A stretch of 64,000 bases of DNA from Gammaproteobacteria bacterium (GTDB lineage Bacteria; Pseudomonadota; Gammaproteobacteria; JABABF01), in the NCBI GenBank assembly GCA_965237805.1, contig OZ250153.1, forward strand, positions 1,152,001 through 1,216,000, given 5' to 3'. The position numbers were made by a program, and so were the translations under genes. Shown here piece by piece: positions 19,943 through 29,120 of this stretch (within the stretch, counting starts at the first letter, position 1; each line of letters begins with the position of its first letter). The notes below the pieces were generated by a model. That model ran no database searches and was not told where the DNA came from. It was given only the letters and a program-made list of their open reading frames with translations.

Positions 19943-21003
19943 GGGAGCTCGACTGCCAGTTGGGTGATCGGTTGTTGCGCTGTTGTCAGTACGGTGGCTG
20001 CCATCGATTCATCGCGCAGCGCCATCCCCGCCAACACCACTGCCGCTGCCGTCCACGTGGTGCGCTCCGCTGGCCACGGGATTTCCATGGCGAATTGGCG
20101 ACCGGTCCAGTACGAGCTATCCGGCAGCTTCCATTGGTGCAGCTTGTGGTACAGGCGGCCCGCACGCTTGGTCCAGCCGACGGTGATCAAGGCCATGACC
20201 AGCTCGCTGGACTCGGCCACCGCCACCCATGGTTGATCGGTGACGCAGCGGCACCCCAGCCCTGCCACGACGAACTCGTCCCAGCGCTGCAGTAGCTGCT
20301 TGCGGCCCGCCGTACGGGACAGTGCACCCGACAGCACGGGATAGAACCAATCCATGGCGAAGCGCCGCCGGTCGGTGCCGTCGCTGTCAAAATCGGTCGG
20401 CGCGTCGCATTGCAAGGCGCTACCTAGGCGACGTTTTGCATCCAGCCAGTCGTCGTGTGTCTCGCCGACGGTGGTCGCCAAGCACAGCGCGCACTCCAAA
20501 CTTTTGTGTACCGAGCTGCACACAGCGCGTAACGCGATAGGTAGCACCTTGCCGCTGGCACCGACACACCACGGCACCGTGCCATCCGTCATTTGCAGCG
20601 CGACCACATGATTGATGGAGGCGCACACCACCGGCCACATTTGGCTCAGGAAGAGCTCATCGCTGGTGGCGAGATAGTGTTGCCACACGCCGGTGGCCAC
20701 ATAGGCGGAGAAATGGCTTTCACTCCACGCGCCGTGCGCCTTGGTGTTGGCGGGATAGGAACTCCACCAAGCGCCGTTTGGCAACTGTTCAGCGCGTAGC
20801 CAGTCATAGGCTCGCCCGGCCGCTCGCTCGTGGCCGCACAGGCTGAGCGCCATCGCTGCTTCGGTGTGGTTCCACGGATCGGTGTAGTGGCCCGGGAACC
20901 ATGGAATGGCACCGTCGGCGCGTTGGCACGAAGCGATGTAGCTCGCCGTCTTGCGCAAGCTGTCCAGCGGTGGCTGGGGGACCGGGCGGGACGCTGGCGG
21001 CAC
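19939..21003 (-). CDS. Prenyltransferase/squalene-cyclase-fold (alpha/alpha barrel) protein
   Basis: QW-like repeats QRADGAIPW, QLPNGAWW, QMTDGTVPW; DPWNHTEAAMAL; FAMDWFYPVL. Confidence 0.75.
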   Translation of the reverse strand: MPPASRPVPQPPLDSLRKTASYIASCQRADGAIPWFPGHYTDPWNHTEAAMALSLCGHERAAGRAYDWLRAEQLPNGAWWSSYPANTKAHGAWSESHFSAYVATGVWQHYLATSDELFLSQMWPVVCASINHVVALQMTDGTVPWCVGASGKVLPIALRAVCSSVHKSLECALCLATTVGETHDDWLDAKRRLGSALQCDAPTDFDSDGTDRRRFAMDWFYPVLSGALSRTAGRKQLLQRWDEFVVAGLGCRCVTDQPWVAVAESSELVMALITVGWTKRAGRLYHKLHQWKLPDSSYWTGRQFAMEIPWPAERTTWTAAAVVLAGMALRDESMAATVLTTAQQPITQLAVELP

Positions 21004-21006
21004 GGT

Positions 21007-21735
21007 TTAGCGATCTGTTTGGCGGAGGAAGTACAGCACGACACTTTTGCCGCACAGCGGGTTGAGCAAGCGTTCGGCGAGTCGCGTGATGCGCGGGCGG
21101 CTCAATAGATCCCACTCTAGAAAACGGCGATACAGCGCCACCGCTCGCGATTGCTCGCGCTTTTGCCACAACAGGCATTGCAACCACCAGTACGGGCTGT
21201 GCAACGCGTGTGCCCAGTGTTGGCGATAGCACTGGAAGCCGATTCGCTCGAGTTCGCCGCGCAGCTCGCGGGCGTTGAAAATGCGCACATGGCCGCCGGG
21301 CTCGTTGCGGTAGTCTTCGCTCAGCTGCCAGCAGAGCCACTCTGGCCAAGCACGCGGCACGCTGACGCACAACAGGCCGCCGGGTTGCAACACGCGATGG
21401 AGCTCGCGTAGCGCTTGCGGGTAGTCGTGCAGGTGCTCCAGCACCTCCGCGCAGATCACATGGCTACAGATGCCGTCTGGCAGCGGTAGGCGCAGAGCAT
21501 CGCCGCGGCAGCTCAGCACGGTGCTACGTGCCGCAGCGGGGTGGGGGCCCGACACTTCCCGCCAGCGCTTTGCTGTCGTCTGGGCATTGTCGTGGCTGAA
21601 ATCCAAGGCAATGGTGCGCAGACCAGGCCTGAGCGCGGCGGCGGCAATGGCGTGGCGACCTTCGCCGCATCCGACATCTAGTAGCAGCTGGCCAGCACCC
21701 GGTGAGAAATGGGCGAAATCCACGGTTTCCATCAC
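21007..21735 (-). CDS. Class I SAM methyltransferase
   Basis: LDVGCGEGRH, GDALRLP, EVLEH, LQPGG, GGHVRIF, HALHSPYWWL. Confidence 0.85.
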   Translation of the reverse strand: MMETVDFAHFSPGAGQLLLDVGCGEGRHAIAAAALRPGLRTIALDFSHDNAQTTAKRWREVSGPHPAAARSTVLSCRGDALRLPLPDGICSHVICAEVLEHLHDYPQALRELHRVLQPGGLLCVSVPRAWPEWLCWQLSEDYRNEPGGHVRIFNARELRGELERIGFQCYRQHWAHALHSPYWWLQCLLWQKREQSRAVALYRRFLEWDLLSRPRITRLAERLLNPLCGKSVVLYFLRQTDR

Positions 21736-21753
21736 GGTATTCGGCGCGGGGTG

Positions 21754-23667
21754 TTAATGGGAGTCGGCGGGAACAGACGCGGTGTTAATCGCCGTGTCGA
21801 TATCGCCGTCGCGCTCTTTTTTTTGCCCGGCCTTGACCAGAGATTGGAAGGCGGTGGATTGCGCCATCAATTCATCGTAGCTACCTTGAGCTTGTAGCCG
21901 GCCGTCTTCGATGAAATACAGAATATCGCTGTCTATGATTGTGCTGAGCCGGTGTGCGACCATGAGCAGGGTTTTGCCTTTGAACACCCGCTTGATGCAC
22001 GCCATGATGTCGACTTCAGTTTCATAATCCAGCGAGCTGGTAGCTTCGTCAAAAATGAGGATTTCTGGAGCTGCATACAGCGCCCGTGCGATCACCAAGC
22101 GCTGTTGCTGGCCGCCGCTGAGTTGGATGCCATCTTCGCCAACCAATGTGTCTATGTGGTCAGGCAGGGTCTCGATGAAATCTTTTAACTGCACCATTTC
22201 CAAGCAGTGCCAGATGCGCTGGTTAGCCTCATCTCCCCGTTCCCGACCCAACAAAATATTATCGGCTATGCTACCGTCAGTGAAACGGGAGCTTTGTGAT
22301 ACATAGCCGATGATGTTGTACCACTGGAGCACATTGTCTTGTGTCAGTTCTTGGCCATCCACGCTGAGCTGTCCGGATGAGGGGCGAATGAAGCCCAGCG
22401 CCAATTTCAATAAGGTGCTTTTCCCTCCACCCGAAGGACCACAGAAACCGATGTGTTGGCCCCGCACAAAAGATACAGACAGTTGGGATAGGGCGGGCTC
22501 GCCCACTCCCGGATAACAATAGCTCACATCGGAAAAGTCGATAGAGGATGCAAATGGAAATCGCCGGCCTTCGTGTGGATACGCGGTGTGTTGTAGGCTG
22601 GTGACCAGATCGTTGTTGATGACATCAAAATTGGCCAAGCCTTCAATGATAAATAGGTAGGAATCAAAAAATGTGACGACGTATGGTTTCAAGCGATAGA
22701 GAACCAACGCGAATACCGCCATGGGAACCAGTAGATCTTGGCTTGGCCAGAAATAAGCGAAGCTTGTCATCACCGCGATCAGTGTGCCATAAATTGATAA
22801 TTCCAAGGCGGTAGGGAACAGCTCTCCGATGATCAAGAGTTTAATCCTTCCTTGTTCGGTTGTGGAATTGAGTTCATCCACCTGCCCACTGATTGCACGT
22901 TTCCTCCCGACCAAGGTAAAGTCTTCGTGCAAGCGCATCGATTCTATCAATGCCGTGTTAATTGCGCCTTCTTTTCGCACGAGCTCTTGATTGATCTGCG
23001 AGGTAACGCGTCGCGAGTACTTGATGACTAAAAACAACAATGTGAAAATGAGGATCGAGCTGGTGATGGCGAATATGGGGTTGATCCACAGCAAGCCGCC
23101 GATGCTTAGCGCGAACAAAATGCAACTGGTGTTCAGCCTGATAATAGTCTGCATGATGCCCTGGATCGCGCTACCGAGCCGGGCCCTGATGTTATGAACC
23201 AGCGTGGCGCTGTTCTTAGTGGCATGAAACTCATAGCTTTCATCTAAATAATAGTCAAACATTTTTCTAAAAAAACTCAGCCGAACCGTCATGTTCAATT
23301 TGGCGATTGCAATGGAGACCAAAAGTGTGCAGATAGCGCTGGATACTAATAGCAGTAATGAGCCGATGCCTAAGAATAGTAGGATTTCGTGGTATTGCTC
23401 CACACCAACAAAATCAAATAATGTGCCGAGTATTTTATTCTTGCCGACATCTCGGTTGATTACCGCCATCATGAATGGCACGACAGAGAGTGTCGACAGT
23501 ATGCCGAAAGCAGCCGCGACTATCATCAACAGCTGCAACGCTAGGATGCTGTGCTTGATCGGGCGGTCCAGCAAATAATAGATGGAGCGCAACCGCTGTA
23601 TGGTATGAAATAGTTGCGGGGCACCACGGCGCAGCAATTTTGAGGCCAGACGCAATAAAGCGGTCAT
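21754..23667 (-). CDS. ABC exporter, fused permease/ATPase (PglK/MsbA-like)
   Basis: N-terminal TM helices; GPSGGGKST, LSGGQQQRL, ILIFDEATSSLD, AHR; ATGA overlap with the GT4 stop; AT-richer than its neighbours. Confidence 0.9.
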   Translation of the reverse strand: MTALLRLASKLLRRGAPQLFHTIQRLRSIYYLLDRPIKHSILALQLLMIVAAAFGILSTLSVVPFMMAVINRDVGKNKILGTLFDFVGVEQYHEILLFLGIGSLLLLVSSAICTLLVSIAIAKLNMTVRLSFFRKMFDYYLDESYEFHATKNSATLVHNIRARLGSAIQGIMQTIIRLNTSCILFALSIGGLLWINPIFAITSSILIFTLLFLVIKYSRRVTSQINQELVRKEGAINTALIESMRLHEDFTLVGRKRAISGQVDELNSTTEQGRIKLLIIGELFPTALELSIYGTLIAVMTSFAYFWPSQDLLVPMAVFALVLYRLKPYVVTFFDSYLFIIEGLANFDVINNDLVTSLQHTAYPHEGRRFPFASSIDFSDVSYCYPGVGEPALSQLSVSFVRGQHIGFCGPSGGGKSTLLKLALGFIRPSSGQLSVDGQELTQDNVLQWYNIIGYVSQSSRFTDGSIADNILLGRERGDEANQRIWHCLEMVQLKDFIETLPDHIDTLVGEDGIQLSGGQQQRLVIARALYAAPEILIFDEATSSLDYETEVDIMACIKRVFKGKTLLMVAHRLSTIIDSDILYFIEDGRLQAQGSYDELMAQSTAFQSLVKAGQKKERDGDIDTAINTASVPADSH

Positions 23668-25022
23668 TCGATTGCCGGCTCTGCCGAGCTGATCGCACCA
23701 CTGGAATCCGTTTTGGGGGATGTGCCGTCGCTCTTGACAGCGCGGGTGGACAGCATATTGCGGTAGCAGCATTCCAGTGCGCGCACGGTTTGCGCCCATG
23801 TGAAGTGACGTTGTATGCGTTCGTGGCCAATTTTCCCCATATGGTGCCGCCGGGCGGGTGCTGCCAGTAATTCGGTGATAGCTCGAGCCAGCGCAGCACT
23901 GTCTGCGGGTGGGACTAACAGCGCTGTGTTGCCAGTCACTTCGGGTAAGGCACCGATGTTCGAGCAGACCACCGGCGTGGCGCAGGCCATGGCCTCGCCC
24001 GCCGGGAAGCCAAAACCTTCGTACAACGATGGCACGATGGCCATCGTGGCGCTGGCATAGTGGCGCGCCACTTGCTTTGCCGTCTGTTGACTGAATAGCT
24101 TGACATGGTTTTCCAAGCGCAATTCGCGCAACAATCGCGCTGCTGGGCCATCGCCGCGGAAACGACCGATAACCCGTAATTGCAGTTGTGGGAAAGATGG
24201 CACCAAGAGAGCCAGTGCGCGCAGGAGATAACTCAGGCCTTTGAGCGGTTGATCGGCGGAGGCCACCGTCAACAATCGCATTGGATGGCGCTCGACTTGA
24301 GGCTGTGGGAAGTAGTTCGTCGTATCGATACCGTTACGAGCCAGCGTGATGCGCTCTTCGGGAATATCGAAGTCTCGTGCCACATCGCGCCGTGCGCTGT
24401 GCGACACCGAGACGATGGTGTCGAGTTGTTGCGCCACCTGTTTTTGCATCGTGAGAAAGCTGTACCAGCGCTTGATCAGCAGCCGGTGCTTATAGTCTTG
24501 CGCCTCGCTGAGCGCGATTTCCAAGTCGCGTGTGATCGGATGGTGGATGGTGGCCAGCACCGGGTAGCCGCTACGCTGCAACCGCAACAGCCCCCAGCCC
24601 AAGCTCTGGTTGTCGTGGATGACATCGTAGTGGTGCCCGCAACGCGGCAACCAGTGGGCGACGCGTTGGCAAAAAGTGTAGGGTTCGGCGAAGCCGCCGC
24701 TCAATTTTGAGCACCACTCAACAATGTTGTTCCAGTCCCGCAGATGGTGTGCACGTAGCGAGCCGAGGCCGCGCTCGTACAGATTCATGCCAGGCATTCG
24801 AATCAGGCGCACACCGTCGTCTAGTTCTGGGTAGGGCTCGCCAGCGACGACATCGACTTTGTGCCCTGTCGCCACCAGCGCACGGCTCAGGTGGCGCAAA
24901 TAAATGCCTTGGCCGCCGACTCGCGGCGCGGCGCGGTAGCCGAGTAAGCAGATGCGTAGCGGGCGTATTAGCGGTGACGCAGTTGGCGAGCTGCTCGCCA
25001 GCTGATTAGTAGGGGCTTGCAT
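23664..25022 (-). CDS. Glycosyltransferase family 4
   Basis: GGQGIY, HDNQSLG, TIHHP, NGID, KG, PSLYEGFGFPAGEAMACATP. Confidence 0.9.
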   Translation of the reverse strand: MQAPTNQLASSSPTASPLIRPLRICLLGYRAAPRVGGQGIYLRHLSRALVATGHKVDVVAGEPYPELDDGVRLIRMPGMNLYERGLGSLRAHHLRDWNNIVEWCSKLSGGFAEPYTFCQRVAHWLPRCGHHYDVIHDNQSLGWGLLRLQRSGYPVLATIHHPITRDLEIALSEAQDYKHRLLIKRWYSFLTMQKQVAQQLDTIVSVSHSARRDVARDFDIPEERITLARNGIDTTNYFPQPQVERHPMRLLTVASADQPLKGLSYLLRALALLVPSFPQLQLRVIGRFRGDGPAARLLRELRLENHVKLFSQQTAKQVARHYASATMAIVPSLYEGFGFPAGEAMACATPVVCSNIGALPEVTGNTALLVPPADSAALARAITELLAAPARRHHMGKIGHERIQRHFTWAQTVRALECCYRNMLSTRAVKSDGTSPKTDSSGAISSAEPAIE

Positions 25023-25111
25023 CCCGGATTTTGAGGGCGAACAGCCGCGCTGGATCGGGTGTTCAACCCTGAGCTAATGCACGCCACTATGATTGATTGG
25101 AACCTGATAGT

Positions 25112-25633
25112 TTAAACGTTTGTAGCCTTAGGGGCAAGCCGTAACATACCGATGATGCCGCACAGCGCACAAGCGGCAAAAGCCAGCAGTGACCACGCCG
25201 GAATGCTGAGCCCTCCAAAGCGCCACTGCACTTCGGCGCAACTGCCGTCGCCAGCTAACAACAGCGGCAGTATATCTCGCAAGGGTAGCACTTCGAGCAT
25301 GTAGTTCAAACCCGGGGCACAGGGGGGTACTTCTGTCGGTGGCAGATTTTGCAGCCACAGCTGGCGGGCGGCGCTCGCCGCGCCGATGGTTGCGCTGAGC
25401 GTCAAGCCAGCTGCCCACAAGCGCTCGCCGAGGCTGTCTGGCCGTTGCCAAGCCGCGCCAGCGGCGGCGGCCATGACCAGTAGGAACAGGACGCGCTGCA
25501 CGATGCACAACGGGCAGGGTTCGAGCCCGAGCTGGTGTTCCAAATAGAGGCCAAAGGCCAACAGCAGCACACAGGCCACGGTCACCGCTTGATAGCAGCG
25601 TTGTCGCGTCAGCAGGCTAAGGGTCGGACTCAT
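25112..25633 (-). CDS. dsbB: Disulfide bond formation protein B
   Basis: LEPCPLCIVQR, RQLWLQ, second Cys pair (PPC...GSC), WRFGGLSIP. Confidence 0.92.
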   Translation of the reverse strand: MSPTLSLLTRQRCYQAVTVACVLLLAFGLYLEHQLGLEPCPLCIVQRVLFLLVMAAAAGAAWQRPDSLGERLWAAGLTLSATIGAASAARQLWLQNLPPTEVPPCAPGLNYMLEVLPLRDILPLLLAGDGSCAEVQWRFGGLSIPAWSLLAFAACALCGIIGMLRLAPKATNV

Positions 25634-27222
25634 CGTGACTGGCTCAGATCGAGCTGGCGATATTGCTCGAAATACTGCTGGAGATAGGCCTCCAAGCCGC
25701 CAGCGAAGGGAGTGCTTTCTAAATGCCGCAGCTGTTTCTTGGAATCCTGTGCCAGCGCATGGTAACGTCGTCGCAGTTGCGGTGTCAGCGCCGCTGCCAA
25801 CGTGTGGCACCAGTGCGCGGAGCGCCCCGCGATCAATGTGACGAAATTCGTGCCTGCCTCTTCCATGTCGCGCAGCAAAAGGGCCGCCGGGGTATGCTCT
25901 GGTGCTTCCAATTTGCGCCGCTGCTGCGCGCAGCTATGTTGGTGTGCATCGCCGCCGTGGGCGGTGTCGAGCTGGCGGGCGCACAACTCAATGTCGTCGA
26001 GTATGCGCAGCCCCCAATCACGCAAGCTCACCCGGCGCGTGCCGTCTTCGAGCGACAGCCCGCGGCGACGCCCGCCGCGAGCCGTGCGCTCCAAATTGCG
26101 TTGGTCGCGGCGCATGCTGTGCCGACTGCCATCCGCCGCTAGGCAATAGAGCAGAAAGCTGCTGAGAAAGCGCATCTGGGGGCCGTCTACTCCCAATGGG
26201 GATCCCGGGTCGAGGTCAAGGCAGCGCAGCTCTAAATATTCCACACCACCCTGCGCCAATGCGCACAGCGGCGGCGTGCCCTGTGAGGCGGCGCACTTGG
26301 GCCGCGCCGAGCCATAGTACTCATTTTCCACTTGTAGCAGACTCGCGCTGAGCTGTTGTGGTTTGCCGGATGCAGTGCGATCGATCGCCGCATAAGCGGG
26401 AAAGGGGTCGATGATGGCGTGCCGCAAGCTGTTGACATAGCTATCCAGCCGGTCCATGCGCGCCAGCAGATGGCGGTGCTGGGCAGTGCTGTAATAACCG
26501 GCGCGGCTGAGCCGTAGCGAAGTGGCCCCCGGCGTGCCGTAGTCGTCGTGAGCTAAGCGGCGCAGACCGATCCCTCGCTGTCGCGGGAAGCTCGGCGGCA
26601 TCACTGGCGAGGCGCCGAACAGGTACGCCAGCAGCCAACTCCAGCGATGGCAATTGCGCAGGATGTGGAACCATGCATCATCGCGCAGCTCGCGCAATGG
26701 GCAGTGTTCACCGAGTAGGGCGTGGTAGCGCTGCCAGAAGTTGTCCGGTAGCGAGAAATTGAAGTGTAGCCCAGCGATGATCTGCCGACGGCAACCGTAG
26801 CGATGACTCAGTCCGGCGCGGTATAGCGTTTTCATCTGTGCCGAAGCCGAAGTGCCGTAGTGAGCCAGTGCGATATCGCGCTCGTCGTTGGGACAGTGGG
26901 GCATACTGGCCGCCCACAGTGCCTCGCCCGGTGCCAACGCATCGCAGCTGACGGCGAACATATCCCGCAACTGCTTCAGCGCGGCCTCGGGCGAGCGATG
27001 TGGCTCGGTAACCAGTTCCAGCAGGGCTTCGGAGAAATCGGTGGTGATGCGCGGGTGCGTGAGCGGTGCGCCGAGCATCTCGGGGTGCGGTGTTTTGGCT
27101 GGCAGGCTCTCCGCATCGACGCGCAAGGCCTCGCGTTCCAAACCGAAGCGGATGCCGTGCAGGGAGGCATTCAATTGTGGGTCGGCGAGCAGCTCGAGAT
27201 AGCGGCGCAGACGGTTGGACAT
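25630..27222 (-). CDS. gshA: Glutamate--cysteine ligase
   Basis: GLEREALRV, ITTDFSEALLE, GLHFNFS, YLFGASP, LQVENEYY, GVEYLELRCLD. Confidence 0.93.
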   Translation of the reverse strand: MSNRLRRYLELLADPQLNASLHGIRFGLEREALRVDAESLPAKTPHPEMLGAPLTHPRITTDFSEALLELVTEPHRSPEAALKQLRDMFAVSCDALAPGEALWAASMPHCPNDERDIALAHYGTSASAQMKTLYRAGLSHRYGCRRQIIAGLHFNFSLPDNFWQRYHALLGEHCPLRELRDDAWFHILRNCHRWSWLLAYLFGASPVMPPSFPRQRGIGLRRLAHDDYGTPGATSLRLSRAGYYSTAQHRHLLARMDRLDSYVNSLRHAIIDPFPAYAAIDRTASGKPQQLSASLLQVENEYYGSARPKCAASQGTPPLCALAQGGVEYLELRCLDLDPGSPLGVDGPQMRFLSSFLLYCLAADGSRHSMRRDQRNLERTARGGRRRGLSLEDGTRRVSLRDWGLRILDDIELCARQLDTAHGGDAHQHSCAQQRRKLEAPEHTPAALLLRDMEEAGTNFVTLIAGRSAHWCHTLAAALTPQLRRRYHALAQDSKKQLRHLESTPFAGGLEAYLQQYFEQYRQLDLSQSR

Positions 27223-27322
27223 AGACAGCCCCGGCACCCTTAATGCGCTTTGACCCCGACCATTTGGCCGGTGCCAGTATAGTAGCATCATCACCCTCGA
27301 CCAAACTGAACCGGTACTGCAT

Positions 27323-27838
27323 ATGTCTACTACTCCCGTTGCGCTTCCCGAGCCCGAGAACGCCCTGTCCCTACCACAGACGCCATTGGATGCAGGCCAC
27401 CTGAACTCAGAGGATCTGCCGTGGGTGGAACAGGCCCCAGGCATTGAGATGAAGGTATTGCGTGTCTCCGATGACTTTGGCACTTGGGTGGTCATGAACC
27501 GCTTCCAGCCGGGAACCGTCTTGCCAGCACATCGCCACAGTGGCGGCGTCACCGCCTATACCCTGTCGGGGCGCTGGGGGTACCATGAACACGATTTCAT
27601 TGCCACGGCTGGCTCTGTGGTACGCGAGCCCGCCTGCTCAACCCACACCCTGATGGTGCCTGCGGACAGCGATGAGCCCGCTGTGGTCTTCTTCGTGATC
27701 GAAGGCAGCTTGACTCATATCGGCGACGATGGTCAGCTGTGGGGGGTGTCGGATGCCCAGACCGAGTTGGCACGTTACCGCGAGATGGTTGCCGACCAGT
27801 GTGGTACGCCGCTCGCTGACGACGCCATCTTGCGGTAG
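27323..27838 (+). CDS. Cupin, 2,4'-dihydroxyacetophenone dioxygenase/ChrR-like family
   Basis: PAHRHSGGVTAYTLSGRWGYHEH...EPACSTHTL. Confidence 0.8.
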   Translation: MSTTPVALPEPENALSLPQTPLDAGHLNSEDLPWVEQAPGIEMKVLRVSDDFGTWVVMNRFQPGTVLPAHRHSGGVTAYTLSGRWGYHEHDFIATAGSVVREPACSTHTLMVPADSDEPAVVFFVIEGSLTHIGDDGQLWGVSDAQTELARYREMVADQCGTPLADDAILR

Positions 27839-27864
27839 CCGCCCGCGACTTTAGAGCGCGAGTC

Positions 27865-29097
27865 ATGAGTGCCACCGCCGCCGTTTTGGCGTCTATCGAT
27901 GTCTACGATCCCGACCGCTATGTCGAGGCTCCGCCCTACGAGGATTTTCGCTATCTGCGTCAGCATGCTCCGGTGTACCGCCACCCCCACCCCGACGGTG
28001 GTTTTTTCTGGGCGGTGACGCGTCACGCCGAGGTGAGTGCGATATCGCGCGATCACAAGACCTATTCCTCCCAACGTGGCTTCGTGATGGTCGATAACCT
28101 AGAGCCGGAGCTGCTAGCGGAGACGCAGAATCAGCTACTGGGCATGGATCCGCCGCAGCACGGGCCGGTGCGCCGCTCGGTGCTGCGCCATTTCACTACG
28201 CGCATGGTGGAGGGGATGACACCGCGCATCAATGAGATCGTCAAAGACTTGGTGGCGCGGGCGGTGGATCGCGGAGAGGTCGAATTCATCGAAGAGATCG
28301 TCGCGCAGTTGCCGACGCAGGTGATCTGTGAATTGATGGGCATTCCGTCTGAGCACCACGATCAGATCCGCCGCTGGGCCGATATGCAGACCTCATCGGA
28401 CGATCCCGATATCGTCCCGAGTCCGGAGGCCTCGCGAGAGGCATCGCATGCGATGGGGGCACTGGGCTACCAGCTGGCCATAGACAACCAGCAGCGGTGC
28501 GGTGATGAGGAGGGAGGGGGCTTGATGTCCCTGCTGTTGTCTACCGAGCTGGATGGCAAGCCGGTAGATCCGATGCAATTCGCTTCTCTGTTCATCCAGA
28601 TCACGACTGCGGGTAATGAGACCACCCGCAACCTGATCGCCAATGGTCTGCTGGAGCTGATGGCACGTCCTGAGCTCTACCGCGAGCTGGAGGCGGCACC
28701 TGAGCTGCTACCCGGTGCGGTCGAAGAGATGTTGCGCTTCACCTGTCCGCTACATTATTTCCGCCGCACGACGACGCGTCCGGTCACACTCTGCGGCGAG
28801 CGGATCAAGGCGGATGACCGGGTGGTGTTGTTCTATATCTCGGCCAACCGCGACGAGACCGTATTCGACGATCCAGAACGTTTCGACATCCGCCGCCACC
28901 CCAATCCCCAATTGGCTTTCGGCCACGGTCCGCATATGTGCCTCGGCGCTTGGTTGGCGCGGCTTGAGACCCAACTATTTTTCGCCGAGTGGTTTAGGCG
29001 CGTGGGCTCGGTGGAGCTGAGCGATACCCCGCGTCGCGTCCGCTCCAATCTGATCAACGGCATCAAATATATGCCGTTGCGCATCGTGGCTCGCTGA
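27865..29097 (+). CDS. Cytochrome P450 (CYP125/124/142-like)
   Basis: MDPPQH, AGNETTRN, EEMLR, SANRDE, FGHGPHMCLG. Confidence 0.93.
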   Translation: MSATAAVLASIDVYDPDRYVEAPPYEDFRYLRQHAPVYRHPHPDGGFFWAVTRHAEVSAISRDHKTYSSQRGFVMVDNLEPELLAETQNQLLGMDPPQHGPVRRSVLRHFTTRMVEGMTPRINEIVKDLVARAVDRGEVEFIEEIVAQLPTQVICELMGIPSEHHDQIRRWADMQTSSDDPDIVPSPEASREASHAMGALGYQLAIDNQQRCGDEEGGGLMSLLLSTELDGKPVDPMQFASLFIQITTAGNETTRNLIANGLLELMARPELYRELEAAPELLPGAVEEMLRFTCPLHYFRRTTTRPVTLCGERIKADDRVVLFYISANRDETVFDDPERFDIRRHPNPQLAFGHGPHMCLGAWLARLETQLFFAEWFRRVGSVELSDTPRRVRSNLINGIKYMPLRIVAR

Positions 29098-29120
29098 GCG
29101 CCTCAACGGGGCGGTCACAG

